Source of the DNA: Candidatus Bathyarchaeota archaeon
Lineage (GTDB): Archaea; Thermoproteota; Bathyarchaeia; Bathyarchaeales; Bathycorpusculaceae
Length of the DNA stretch: 64,000 bases
Assembly: GCA_963827165.1 (NCBI GenBank)
Contig: CAWGZR010000005.1
Location: 768,001-832,000 of the forward strand
Direction: 5' to 3'
How positions within the stretch are numbered: the first letter of the stretch is position 1; the number at the start of each line of letters is the position of its first letter. The notes under the pieces were generated by a model, which was not told the DNA's origin, ran no database searches, and saw only the letters and a list, made by a program, of their open reading frames with translations. This document shows positions 10,311-18,494 of the stretch, piece after piece. The position numbers were made by a program, and so were the translations under genes.

Positions 10311-11654
10311 TTAGTTTCTTCTAAGTTTTGCTATGAAAAATCCGTTGCACTGGTGAAGGTGCGGATAAAGCCGTTGGCACTGGCTTAGCCCACGCAACCC
10401 TGGCAACCCAAGTTCAGGTTTGATTTCCGTCAAGGTAAATTCTGAGTGATCCTTCAGGAACCGCTCAATAATCATTTCGTTTTCTTCAACAGTTACGCTG
10501 CAGGTCGAGTAAATCATAACGCCGCCAGCCGCCACTTTTTCCGCGCATCTGTTAATCATTTGCCACTGGATATCTGACATCTTGCTGATCGACTTCGGAG
10601 TAATGCGCCATTTTGCCGAGGGCTGCTTTGCAAAGATGCCTGTACCCGTGCACGGCGGATCTAAAACCACTAAATCCGCATTCTCCACCAAGGGCAGGGA
10701 GGCGCATGCATCGGCAATAATCGGTTCGGCAATCTGGGTTCCCATGCGGCTTGTTTCTCGCTTCCACGTTTTCATCCTTCGCTCCGAGAAATCCACGGAG
10801 TAAATCGCGCCGCTGTTTTGCATTAGTTGGGCTAAATATGTAGTTTTTGCGCCTGGAGCAGCGCATACGTCGAAAACGGTGCTGCCTTCCTTGGGGTTGG
10901 CGGCTTGTGTGGCGAAGCAGCTTGCCTTATCCTGGACATAGAATAATCCTTCTTTGTAGCTATCTAAACTGTTTAGCGGCTGCTTGGTCTCTTGAACTTT
11001 GTATGTATATTTGATTGGCAGCTGCTCCAGTTTTACTCCTTCGGAGCCTAGTTTTTGTACTATTGTCTCTTCTGTTGCGGCTAAAGTGTTAACTCGAACG
11101 TAAGTGGGGGGCGTGTTCATGCTTCCCTGCAGAAACGCTATTGCTTCGTTGCGTCCCATCAAGTTGAAGCAGTATCTCACGAACCATGCAGGGTGGAAAG
11201 TTTCTAAGCTGATCCGTTCTTCGTCGTTTGCCTCTTCCAGAATGGGTTGAAGTTGGCGCGTCAGCAGAAATCCAAGGAACTGTTCGACTTCCCGCAGGGT
11301 TTCCCATCCCAAAATCGCTCTGCCCATGCTAGCGATGTGTTGTGCCTCTTGAAAATTGATTTTTCCCCAGTTCTTAGCGACGCGTGTCTGGTAAACGTAA
11401 AGGCGAAGAAACGATTGGATGCCCAGGTTGTACTCGCTGATTTTTTTGGGCGCCACTACAATGTTCACGAGTTTGTCTATGAGGTTTCGGCGGCGTGTGG
11501 TTTCAACTACGAGTCCGTAGGCGTAGCGTATGGCGTTCGCGTCTTTTATGCCAAGTTGATCGATGGTTCTTGCCAACGCTAAGTGCTCGCTTAGTTTCTG
11601 CATTTCCATCCAGCTAAGTGTTTCAATAGCGACTGTCCAAGCATCCTTCAACAA
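10311..11654 (-). CDS. RsmB/NOP2-class RNA m5C methyltransferase with NusB-like N-terminus
   Basis: QDKAS, DVCAAPGAKT, LDPPCTGTG, YSTCS..EENE. Confidence 0.93.
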   Translation of the reverse strand: MLKDAWTVAIETLSWMEMQKLSEHLALARTIDQLGIKDANAIRYAYGLVVETTRRRNLIDKLVNIVVAPKKISEYNLGIQSFLRLYVYQTRVAKNWGKINFQEAQHIASMGRAILGWETLREVEQFLGFLLTRQLQPILEEANDEERISLETFHPAWFVRYCFNLMGRNEAIAFLQGSMNTPPTYVRVNTLAATEETIVQKLGSEGVKLEQLPIKYTYKVQETKQPLNSLDSYKEGLFYVQDKASCFATQAANPKEGSTVFDVCAAPGAKTTYLAQLMQNSGAIYSVDFSERRMKTWKRETSRMGTQIAEPIIADACASLPLVENADLVVLDPPCTGTGIFAKQPSAKWRITPKSISKMSDIQWQMINRCAEKVAAGGVMIYSTCSVTVEENEMIIERFLKDHSEFTLTEIKPELGLPGLRGLSQCQRLYPHLHQCNGFFIAKLRRN

Positions 11655-11899
11655 ATCAGTTCACGTGTATGACATGATGAAGCGCCTATAAAAAAGAATT
11701 CAAGTCGCTTGAGCAAACTGATTGACGGCTTGGCGAACAGTTTCTATTTGAAGGTTCTATCTACAGAGTGATCGTCTTTTTGTATATTCAATTGACCCTA
11801 TACCCATCTTGGTAACAATTTTGAAAAAGTTCAGCCGTCAAACAGGCTAATTTCGTTCAGAGATACCGCGCAAAAAAAGAAAATTAAAAAGAGGCTGGT

Positions 11900-12331
11900 T
11901 TAACCACCTTGAGTGGCTTTGAATGATATTGCGCCTTCTAAGAATATGTAGGACAGAAGCAGAAACGCCACGCCTATTATGAGCAACATGTAGGCTTGCC
12001 TTGGCTTGTAGGCGCTTTTTGTGCTTTGGTAAATTGCGAAGAGACCAACGAATCCAAAAGCGTACAGTATACATGAGATTATTGTGTCGGAGATGAATTG
12101 TCCGCTGACGCTTGGGTACAAGAAGTAGATTGTGGTGGTTCCTAAATAGGCTGGAGCGGGATGTGTGATTAAAGTGTACAAGCCGCCGCCGAATAGGAAA
12201 ATTGCGTAGCCGACTCCGACGATAGTTAGTATTAGTGAAACGGGAGTTGTTGTTGAGACTCTTTGGAACCAGCGACTCAGCGAAAAGGATACGTCTGAAG
12301 ACCGCTTCTTGATTTTACTTGACATTTCCAT
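11900..12331 (-). CDS. OST3/OST6/OSTC(DC2)-like oligosaccharyltransferase accessory membrane subunit
   Basis: Three TMs with GG.Y..I..P, FLY....GQF..D.I.S..L...G..G pattern resembling eukaryotic OSTC/DC2 as recalled. Confidence 0.7.
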   Translation of the reverse strand: MEMSSKIKKRSSDVSFSLSRWFQRVSTTTPVSLILTIVGVGYAIFLFGGGLYTLITHPAPAYLGTTTIYFLYPSVSGQFISDTIISCILYAFGFVGLFAIYQSTKSAYKPRQAYMLLIIGVAFLLLSYIFLEGAISFKATQGG

Positions 12332-12539
12332 TCCCTTCCTTGATTAGTTGCTTTACCACTTCTTTAGCCGCCTCTCCAGTTAATGAATTTTTCTGAATCT
12401 CAACTAGATACTCCATCCAAACCAGCTCAGAAGCCTTGTGCCACACGTCAAATTTCTCTAGAATATTGCGGTAAGCTCTTAGATGCAATATGCAAAAACC
12501 GTCCTCCTTCGCTTCCCGGCTGCAAATCTTGCATGTCAC
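12315..12539 (-). CDS. Small Cys/His putative zinc-binding protein
   Basis: CKIC...FCILH; GTG start overlaps the topA stop (GTGA). Confidence 0.7.
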   Translation of the reverse strand: MTCKICSREAKEDGFCILHLRAYRNILEKFDVWHKASELVWMEYLVEIQKNSLTGEAAKEVVKQLIKEGNGNVK

Positions 12540-14611
12540 TCTTTTCTCTCTCCTTTCGCGGGGCAATTAGGGTTTAAACATAGTTTCCAGGAATGCCTTC
12601 CTCTTAGCCACACATTAATCACTGGGTAGCCGCAGCTTTTGCAGGGACTTTTCAAAGGCTTTAGCGGGCCCCTTTGAGGCAGCGGAAAAGTAACGTTACA
12701 TTTACCTTTGAAATAGTTTGTGCAACCCACAAACCGTTTGCCGGTTTTTTGGGAACGCAAAATGACCAGTTTCCCATCTCCGCATTTTGGGCACTCTCCA
12801 ACGGTCCTTTCTTCAAGCCGAGCTTTCTGCAAAGTTTCACTTAACTGTTGACCGATGGCCAACTCGTTTTCCGAAAGTGCAGATATCACTGGCTTCAAAA
12901 TGGAAACAGCGTTATGCAACATGGTGTCCTTCGTTTCTTTGCCTTCTTGGATATCTGCCATTTCTTGCTCAATATTTCTAGTCATTTCAGGTGAAACAAC
13001 CGTGGGGCAATAATTTGTTAGGATTTCAGCAACTTCAAAGCCAAGTTCTGAAACGGCCATATTTCCCGTTCCGAACACGTATTTGCGGTCTTGCAGTGTC
13101 TGTATTGTTGCTGCTCTAGTGGCTTTGGTTCCAATGTTTTCTTTCTCCATTTTCAAAAGCAGACTGCGGGGGTTGTACCTTGGCTGCGGCTTGGTAAAAT
13201 TATTTTTTAGAACCATCCGTTGAACTGCTACCGTTTGGCCCTGGTTTAGAGGCGGCAAAACCACGTCTTTCACTTGGGCATAAGGTTCGTACAGTCGAAT
13301 CCAACCTTTGCGCAGAGTCCGCACTCCGTTCAGGCTAAACTTGTTTCCGTTGACCAGTAGGGTTGCCTTTACGCTTTCCCTCACCGCGGGTTCGCCGAAA
13401 ACAGCGAGAAACCTGCGCACTATGAGGTCAAAAATGTTTCTTTCAGCGTTACCCAGTGGTTTTTCCTGGATGTTTCCAGTTGGGTAAATCGCAGGATGCG
13501 CAGAGTCGATTTTTTCGCCCTCACTTGGCGTTAAAACTGGCTTTGCAAGCAGCTCAGCTGCTGGTTTGGCGTAAATGGGAATCTTAGCAAGCTTTTGCAG
13601 TATGGTTTTGTACCCTATTGCCGCCGGAAGTTTTTGGCTACTCGTTCTTGGGTAAGAGATCAACGCGTCCAGATAAAGGCGTTGAGCAATGCTTGAAGTC
13701 TGCATCGGTGTATTCCTGAAAATCCGGTACGCTTCACTTTGCAACGACCCCAAGTCAAAGGGGAAAGGCTGATTGACTAAAAAGTTCTCTATTGTCATCG
13801 ATTCAACTTCGCCTTTCCCGTTTTTGCTTTCAGCTACAACTCGCTTAGCTTCCTGCTTGCTCTCAAGGACTCTTTCGTATTCTGCTTCATAAAACGCCTC
13901 GCCAATGCTTATTTTGGCTGTCAGGGTCCAATATGGGGTAGGCACAAAGCATAAAATTGATTTTTCACGTTCTTCAACAAACTTTAAGGTTGGTCCCTGC
14001 ACTCGTCCAGTGCTGAGAACTGCGTATTGCCCGCTGCTTTTTTTCACGGCTGACGTCAACGCTCTTGAAAGGTTAATGCCGTAAAGCCAATCGACCTCGT
14101 GCCTAGCCAATCCAGCTTGAACCAGAGCAAAATCAAGATGGGGCAGCAAGTTGCGGAAAGATTTCTGCAGCTCTTCTCGTGTAAGCGTTGAGTACTTCAT
14201 TCGTTTGGCAGTTTGCTCTTTGCCGCCACAAGCGAATTTTAGTATGCAGTAGCCTATGAGGCTGCCTTCAAGATCAAAGTCACATGCATCAACGAAGCCA
14301 TCGGCACCATCGGCAAGCCTAGAAATAACCTTCAGCCAAACACGAATTCTGGACGCCCCTCTCTCAGCTAGGTGCCTGGGAACCCATTCATAGTCGAAAA
14401 CAGGGAATTCACTTTGAGGTTTCTTTTTGCTTGCCACAGTGTAAAGATGCCCAAGAGCTGGAACAACAACCAAGTCTCCCCCGCGATAAGCCTGATAATA
14501 TGGAACGCCGCAGTCAACATTTCTTTTCCCCTTTCCATCAACATCCAAAGCTGCAGCAATCCTGCTGGCTGCATCAGGCTTCTCAGTAATAATCAACGTG
14601 TACTTTCCCAA
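12536..14611 (-). CDS. topA: DNA topoisomerase IA (archaeal TopA/Topo III)
   Basis: TEKP TOPRIM, DACDFDLEG, STGRVQGP, catalytic ISYPRT, AHPAIYPT, C-terminal Zn ribbons. Confidence 0.96.
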   Translation of the reverse strand: MGKYTLIITEKPDAASRIAAALDVDGKGKRNVDCGVPYYQAYRGGDLVVVPALGHLYTVASKKKPQSEFPVFDYEWVPRHLAERGASRIRVWLKVISRLADGADGFVDACDFDLEGSLIGYCILKFACGGKEQTAKRMKYSTLTREELQKSFRNLLPHLDFALVQAGLARHEVDWLYGINLSRALTSAVKKSSGQYAVLSTGRVQGPTLKFVEEREKSILCFVPTPYWTLTAKISIGEAFYEAEYERVLESKQEAKRVVAESKNGKGEVESMTIENFLVNQPFPFDLGSLQSEAYRIFRNTPMQTSSIAQRLYLDALISYPRTSSQKLPAAIGYKTILQKLAKIPIYAKPAAELLAKPVLTPSEGEKIDSAHPAIYPTGNIQEKPLGNAERNIFDLIVRRFLAVFGEPAVRESVKATLLVNGNKFSLNGVRTLRKGWIRLYEPYAQVKDVVLPPLNQGQTVAVQRMVLKNNFTKPQPRYNPRSLLLKMEKENIGTKATRAATIQTLQDRKYVFGTGNMAVSELGFEVAEILTNYCPTVVSPEMTRNIEQEMADIQEGKETKDTMLHNAVSILKPVISALSENELAIGQQLSETLQKARLEERTVGECPKCGDGKLVILRSQKTGKRFVGCTNYFKGKCNVTFPLPQRGPLKPLKSPCKSCGYPVINVWLRGRHSWKLCLNPNCPAKGERKE

Positions 14612-14762
14612 GACAGTTTAACCCGCAGCTAACTATCACAAAACATCCATTCTTAAAATAAAGGTTTGCAATGCAAGCACCAAACCCTCAACAATCTCTA
14701 CGGGATTCTTTGTTAAGCAACCAATAAATAATCCATGGCCCTGTAATAGATGGGGAATTGGG

Positions 14763-14933
14763 ATGCCGCAACGTGTTATCTGCCATGGTTGCAACCATGT
14801 TTTATATGAAGGCTCTGAGTTAAAACCGCCGGATGAAATTATTACGCAAAACGGCGGAAAATGCCCAAAATGCAATCGAAAACTCTCTCTGTTACCTATA
14901 GACGTCGAAGTAAAACCCCTAAGTAAACGCTGA
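14763..14933 (+). CDS. 56-aa zinc-ribbon micro-protein (not in ORF track)
   Basis: Hand translation MPQRVICHGCNHVLYEGSELKPPDEIITQNGGKCPKCNRKLSLLPIDVEVKPLSKR; two CxxC pairs. Confidence 0.8.
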   Translation: MPQRVICHGCNHVLYEGSELKPPDEIITQNGGKCPKCNRKLSLLPIDVEVKPLSKR

Positions 14934-15274
14934 CAAGACGAAAACAACTCGCATTTTCTTGCCGGACAAAATTAATTAGGCAAAACTGCCTTGGCTGCGG
15001 AAAAATTTTTTTTTGACTAATGGAAAAAAAGATTGCTTCAAGTTCTCCTTCACTTTTCGACGCAGGTTTTCTAAGATCTTAACGGCATTTAAGTCGTTCT
15101 TGATTAAGAAATCAGCGTTTAACTTAGTCTTTTGTTTACTTTGCAAATTCAATGACACGGGTAGCTTCGACAATCCATGCTTGAACATTTTGGAAAGCCA
15201 TAAATAAACCTCTAAAGTGTATAAGTTAAGAATTAACAATTGAATAACCAATCGCTACAGTGAGGATGGCTTAA

Positions 15275-17599
15275 ATGGGGGAAGGAATTAAAGAACGACT
15301 AAGTAAAAGGCTAGCACCTTTCGGCAGACTGCGTCTCGAAGTAAGTCACGGCACAATAATTGCGTATTCCGCGCTAGCACTAATATTGTTTGTTTCGTTT
15401 ATTATCCGTATTTTACCGCTGCGCTGGGAAAACCTGACTTCGGGTGTAACAACACTCAACGAGTTTGACCCATACTATCAATTCACCGTGACGCAGTACA
15501 TGGTAACACACGGTTTACTTTCACCCTACTGGCCTTCACACTGGATAAATACTCAACTTTGGTATCCCTTCGGGCTCAACATGGCTACGGCGCTGCCTTC
15601 AATACCAATTACAGGGGCAGTAGCCTACGACGTTATCCACGCGCTCGGCGCCAACGTTAACATGATGACGCTTTGCGCATTGATTCCTCCTATAATCGGT
15701 GTAGTTTCAGTTTACGTGATGTATCTGCTGGGCAAAGACATCGGCGGAAGGGCAGTCGGCTTGTTTTCAGCACTTTTCATCGCGTTGGAACCATCAATCA
15801 TCGAAAGAACCTCGCTGGGTTTCTTCGATACGCAGGTCCCAGGCACGATTGGCCTGATACTTTTCGTGTTTTTGTTCCTCAGGTCAATTGACAACAACAA
15901 ATCCCTTCGGGCATCGATCTTGTACTCTTTAGGTGCGGCTGCAACCTTGGCCTATTTCATCGCAGGCTGGGGAGGAGCATACTACATGATTGACGCTACC
16001 GTCCTGTTCGTCTTCGTGATGCTACTGCTTAAACGATACAGTCAACGGCTACTCGTTAGCTACAGCATAACCTTCGGGTTAGCCCTTATGATTGCAACAA
16101 AAGTTCCCTATATGGGCTTAAGCTATCTGACTTCAGGAGCAGTTCTCCCCGTAGCTGCTGGATTCGTAATACTCCTAATTGCAGAGCTTCTACGCAACAA
16201 CATATCGCTAAGAAGCAAACTTACTATCTCAGTAACCGCGTTGGTTGTAATTGTGGGAGGGTTCAGCGCTTTAGTAGCAACCGGGCTTATCAACGGCAGC
16301 GGAATCACAGGGAAATTCGAAACGGTTATAGACCCCTTCATCAGGGCTTCTTCACCCATCATCAATTCAGTGGCTGAACAGCAAATTACCGCTTGGGGAA
16401 ACATTTACCTTGAACTAGGCGTCGGCATACTATTCTTCCTAGTCGGATTATACTTCATACTTAGAAACCCAACGACCAAAAACGTCTTCTTCATAGTTTT
16501 CGCGGTAACAGCACTTTTCTTCGCGGCATCCATGATTCGGTTACTCGCAATATTCGCTCCCGCCTTCGCCATAATAGCGGCAGTAGGCATCCTGAGCATA
16601 CTCAAACCATTCTACACACTGCTTAAGGAATCCCCACGCAGCCTTGCAAAGACAAAACGAAAGTTGGCACGCGTCAGCAAAGAATACAGCGGAATAGCAA
16701 TCTTCCTCATATTCCTGATCTTAGTAACCGAAGTGGCTTTCTCTCCGCAAACCGGAGGAATCCCAAGAGCCATCAACCAATCTTACATTCCTACAGCTCT
16801 TAGCGCATCAAGCCTTCCGATTGGCGGCTCAAGCCTCAGCGGACCCGTAACCGCATGGACATCCGCGTTAAGCTGGTTCCAAAGCAATACTCCAGCAAAT
16901 AGCGCTGCGGTCGCTTGGTGGGACTACGGCGACTGGCTAAGTGACATAGGAAACGTTACCACACTTTGCGATAACACAACCTATAACGCCACACAAATCG
17001 GCAACGTAGGCCTCATAATGATGGGCAACGAAAACCAATCCATGATGATGCTCAACCACTACGAGAACTACAATAATCCAGGCCGCGTCAACTACATCGT
17101 CGTGTTCCTAGTCTTGGCGATTCAGCAATCAAACGGCGGCAGCACAACCTACGTAGCAAGCCCCGCTGGATACGGAGATGAAGGCAAATTTGTCTGGATG
17201 GCAAGAATCTCAGGAACCTACGAGCAGGAATACATCAAAGACGGGTATATGGGCACAACTAACGGATTAACAGAATGGAAAGACGAAACATCATTTGGCA
17301 ACTACAGCTCAACCGGAGCATGGACATGGAATGATCAAGGAGAAAACTGCACCATCAACGAATTGATGTATGGAGCAGCTTCACAGTACACCTCACTGTT
17401 AACCCAAGCCGGATACAGCATCTCTTTAAGCTGGCAGGCATCATTGCCAAGCTACTTCACACCAGTAGACATCGCAGGCATAAGCACCTCACCATTCCAA
17501 TACGGTGGACTAGTACCATTAGTCGCAATCTACCAAGTAAACTATCCAGCATACTACGCAGCAACAGGGCAAACAGGCACAGGCGTCACTGTAGGCTAA
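15275..17599 (+). CDS. aglB: Oligosaccharyltransferase AglB/STT3
   Basis: EFDPYY, GFFD, SVAE, WWDYG, DNTT.N, DEGKFVWMARI; many TMs. Confidence 0.96.
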   Translation: MGEGIKERLSKRLAPFGRLRLEVSHGTIIAYSALALILFVSFIIRILPLRWENLTSGVTTLNEFDPYYQFTVTQYMVTHGLLSPYWPSHWINTQLWYPFGLNMATALPSIPITGAVAYDVIHALGANVNMMTLCALIPPIIGVVSVYVMYLLGKDIGGRAVGLFSALFIALEPSIIERTSLGFFDTQVPGTIGLILFVFLFLRSIDNNKSLRASILYSLGAAATLAYFIAGWGGAYYMIDATVLFVFVMLLLKRYSQRLLVSYSITFGLALMIATKVPYMGLSYLTSGAVLPVAAGFVILLIAELLRNNISLRSKLTISVTALVVIVGGFSALVATGLINGSGITGKFETVIDPFIRASSPIINSVAEQQITAWGNIYLELGVGILFFLVGLYFILRNPTTKNVFFIVFAVTALFFAASMIRLLAIFAPAFAIIAAVGILSILKPFYTLLKESPRSLAKTKRKLARVSKEYSGIAIFLIFLILVTEVAFSPQTGGIPRAINQSYIPTALSASSLPIGGSSLSGPVTAWTSALSWFQSNTPANSAAVAWWDYGDWLSDIGNVTTLCDNTTYNATQIGNVGLIMMGNENQSMMMLNHYENYNNPGRVNYIVVFLVLAIQQSNGGSTTYVASPAGYGDEGKFVWMARISGTYEQEYIKDGYMGTTNGLTEWKDETSFGNYSSTGAWTWNDQGENCTINELMYGAASQYTSLLTQAGYSISLSWQASLPSYFTPVDIAGISTSPFQYGGLVPLVAIYQVNYPAYYAATGQTGTGVTVG

Positions 17600-17621
17600 T
17601 GCGCATCGAGGAAGCGGCGCG

Positions 17622-18494
17622 GTGTTTCCAAAGGTTCCAGACCAACATAAACCCGGGAATCCCCCTGTTTCAAATGGCTTAGGCGTTTCTTACGTCCTAT
17701 TTGCCACAGTTTATCTTTTTCTTCTTTACTTCCTTGGATTCATAAAAAATCCCGCAGGTGTTTCAGCGCCAATTTCAGCCCCTTTGATCTTGGCTGCCTG
17801 CATCCTTTTCGGTGGCTTCATGGGTTTGCTTGACGACTGGATGGATCTTAAATGGCGCTACAAAGCGTTTATGCCTTTGATCGCTGCTCTGCCGCTCATT
17901 TACTACGCGAAGGAAGTGGGTGCAAGAACGACGCTGTTTTTGCCATACATTACTACTCTTCATCTGGGCACAGTTTACTTCTACGTTATTATTCCCGTGA
18001 TCGTGATGATAGTTACAAACTCTGTGAACATGCTTGGCGGATTGAACGGCTTAGAAACAATTTGTCCAGCTATCGTTATAATCGGTTTAATGGCCCTTTC
18101 ATCATCATACCTTCTGATGGTTGGACCCCTACTATTCTGGCTCGTGCTCGCATACTTTAATTTTAAAGGAAAAATCTTCGTTGGAAACTCCGGTTCTTTT
18201 GCTATAGGGATGACCATAGCATCGTTTGCAGTAATCTCAGATTTGAAGCTCAGTTTGCTCATAGCGATTCTGCCTTACATCTTCAATTCATCGCTGATTC
18301 TTCTGTCGATTTTCTTTACGCGGCAAAGAGCCAAGGTTAACTTTGACGGAACCAAACTTTGCTCCGACCACCGAAGAAGCCTAATCACCCTGATTACTTA
18401 CCATCGCCCCATGTCTGAGAAACAAGTGGTTAGAATAATAGCTTTGATAGTTGCAGTTTTCACCGTGCTTGCAGTGGCCAGCCAACTATATTGA
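17622..18494 (+). CDS. aglH: UDP-GlcNAc:dolichol-phosphate GlcNAc-1-P transferase (AglH/ALG7, MraY-like family)
   Basis: D.HKP..P, GLLDD, NSVNMLGGLNGLE, KIFVGNSG. Confidence 0.85.
   Translation: MFPKVPDQHKPGNPPVSNGLGVSYVLFATVYLFLLYFLGFIKNPAGVSAPISAPLILAACILFGGFMGLLDDWMDLKWRYKAFMPLIAALPLIYYAKEVGARTTLFLPYITTLHLGTVYFYVIIPVIVMIVTNSVNMLGGLNGLETICPAIVIIGLMALSSSYLLMVGPLLFWLVLAYFNFKGKIFVGNSGSFAIGMTIASFAVISDLKLSLLIAILPYIFNSSLILLSIFFTRQRAKVNFDGTKLCSDHRRSLITLITYHRPMSEKQVVRIIALIVAVFTVLAVASQLY

Noticed and set aside
11674-11721. C/D box sRNA-like ATGATGA...CTGA
   Set aside because: No credible internal D'/C' boxes, and it overlaps the likely TATA of the minus-strand methyltransferase gene.
14976-15251. 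Two opposing Lys/Phe-rich ORFs upstream of aglB
   Set aside because: Products of AT-rich intergenic sequence with no recognisable features.
17599-17624. Possible frameshift extending aglH to MRIEEAAR-VFPK
   Set aside because: GTG 17622 has a plausible GAGGA RBS, so no lesion is required. It cannot be decided without reads.
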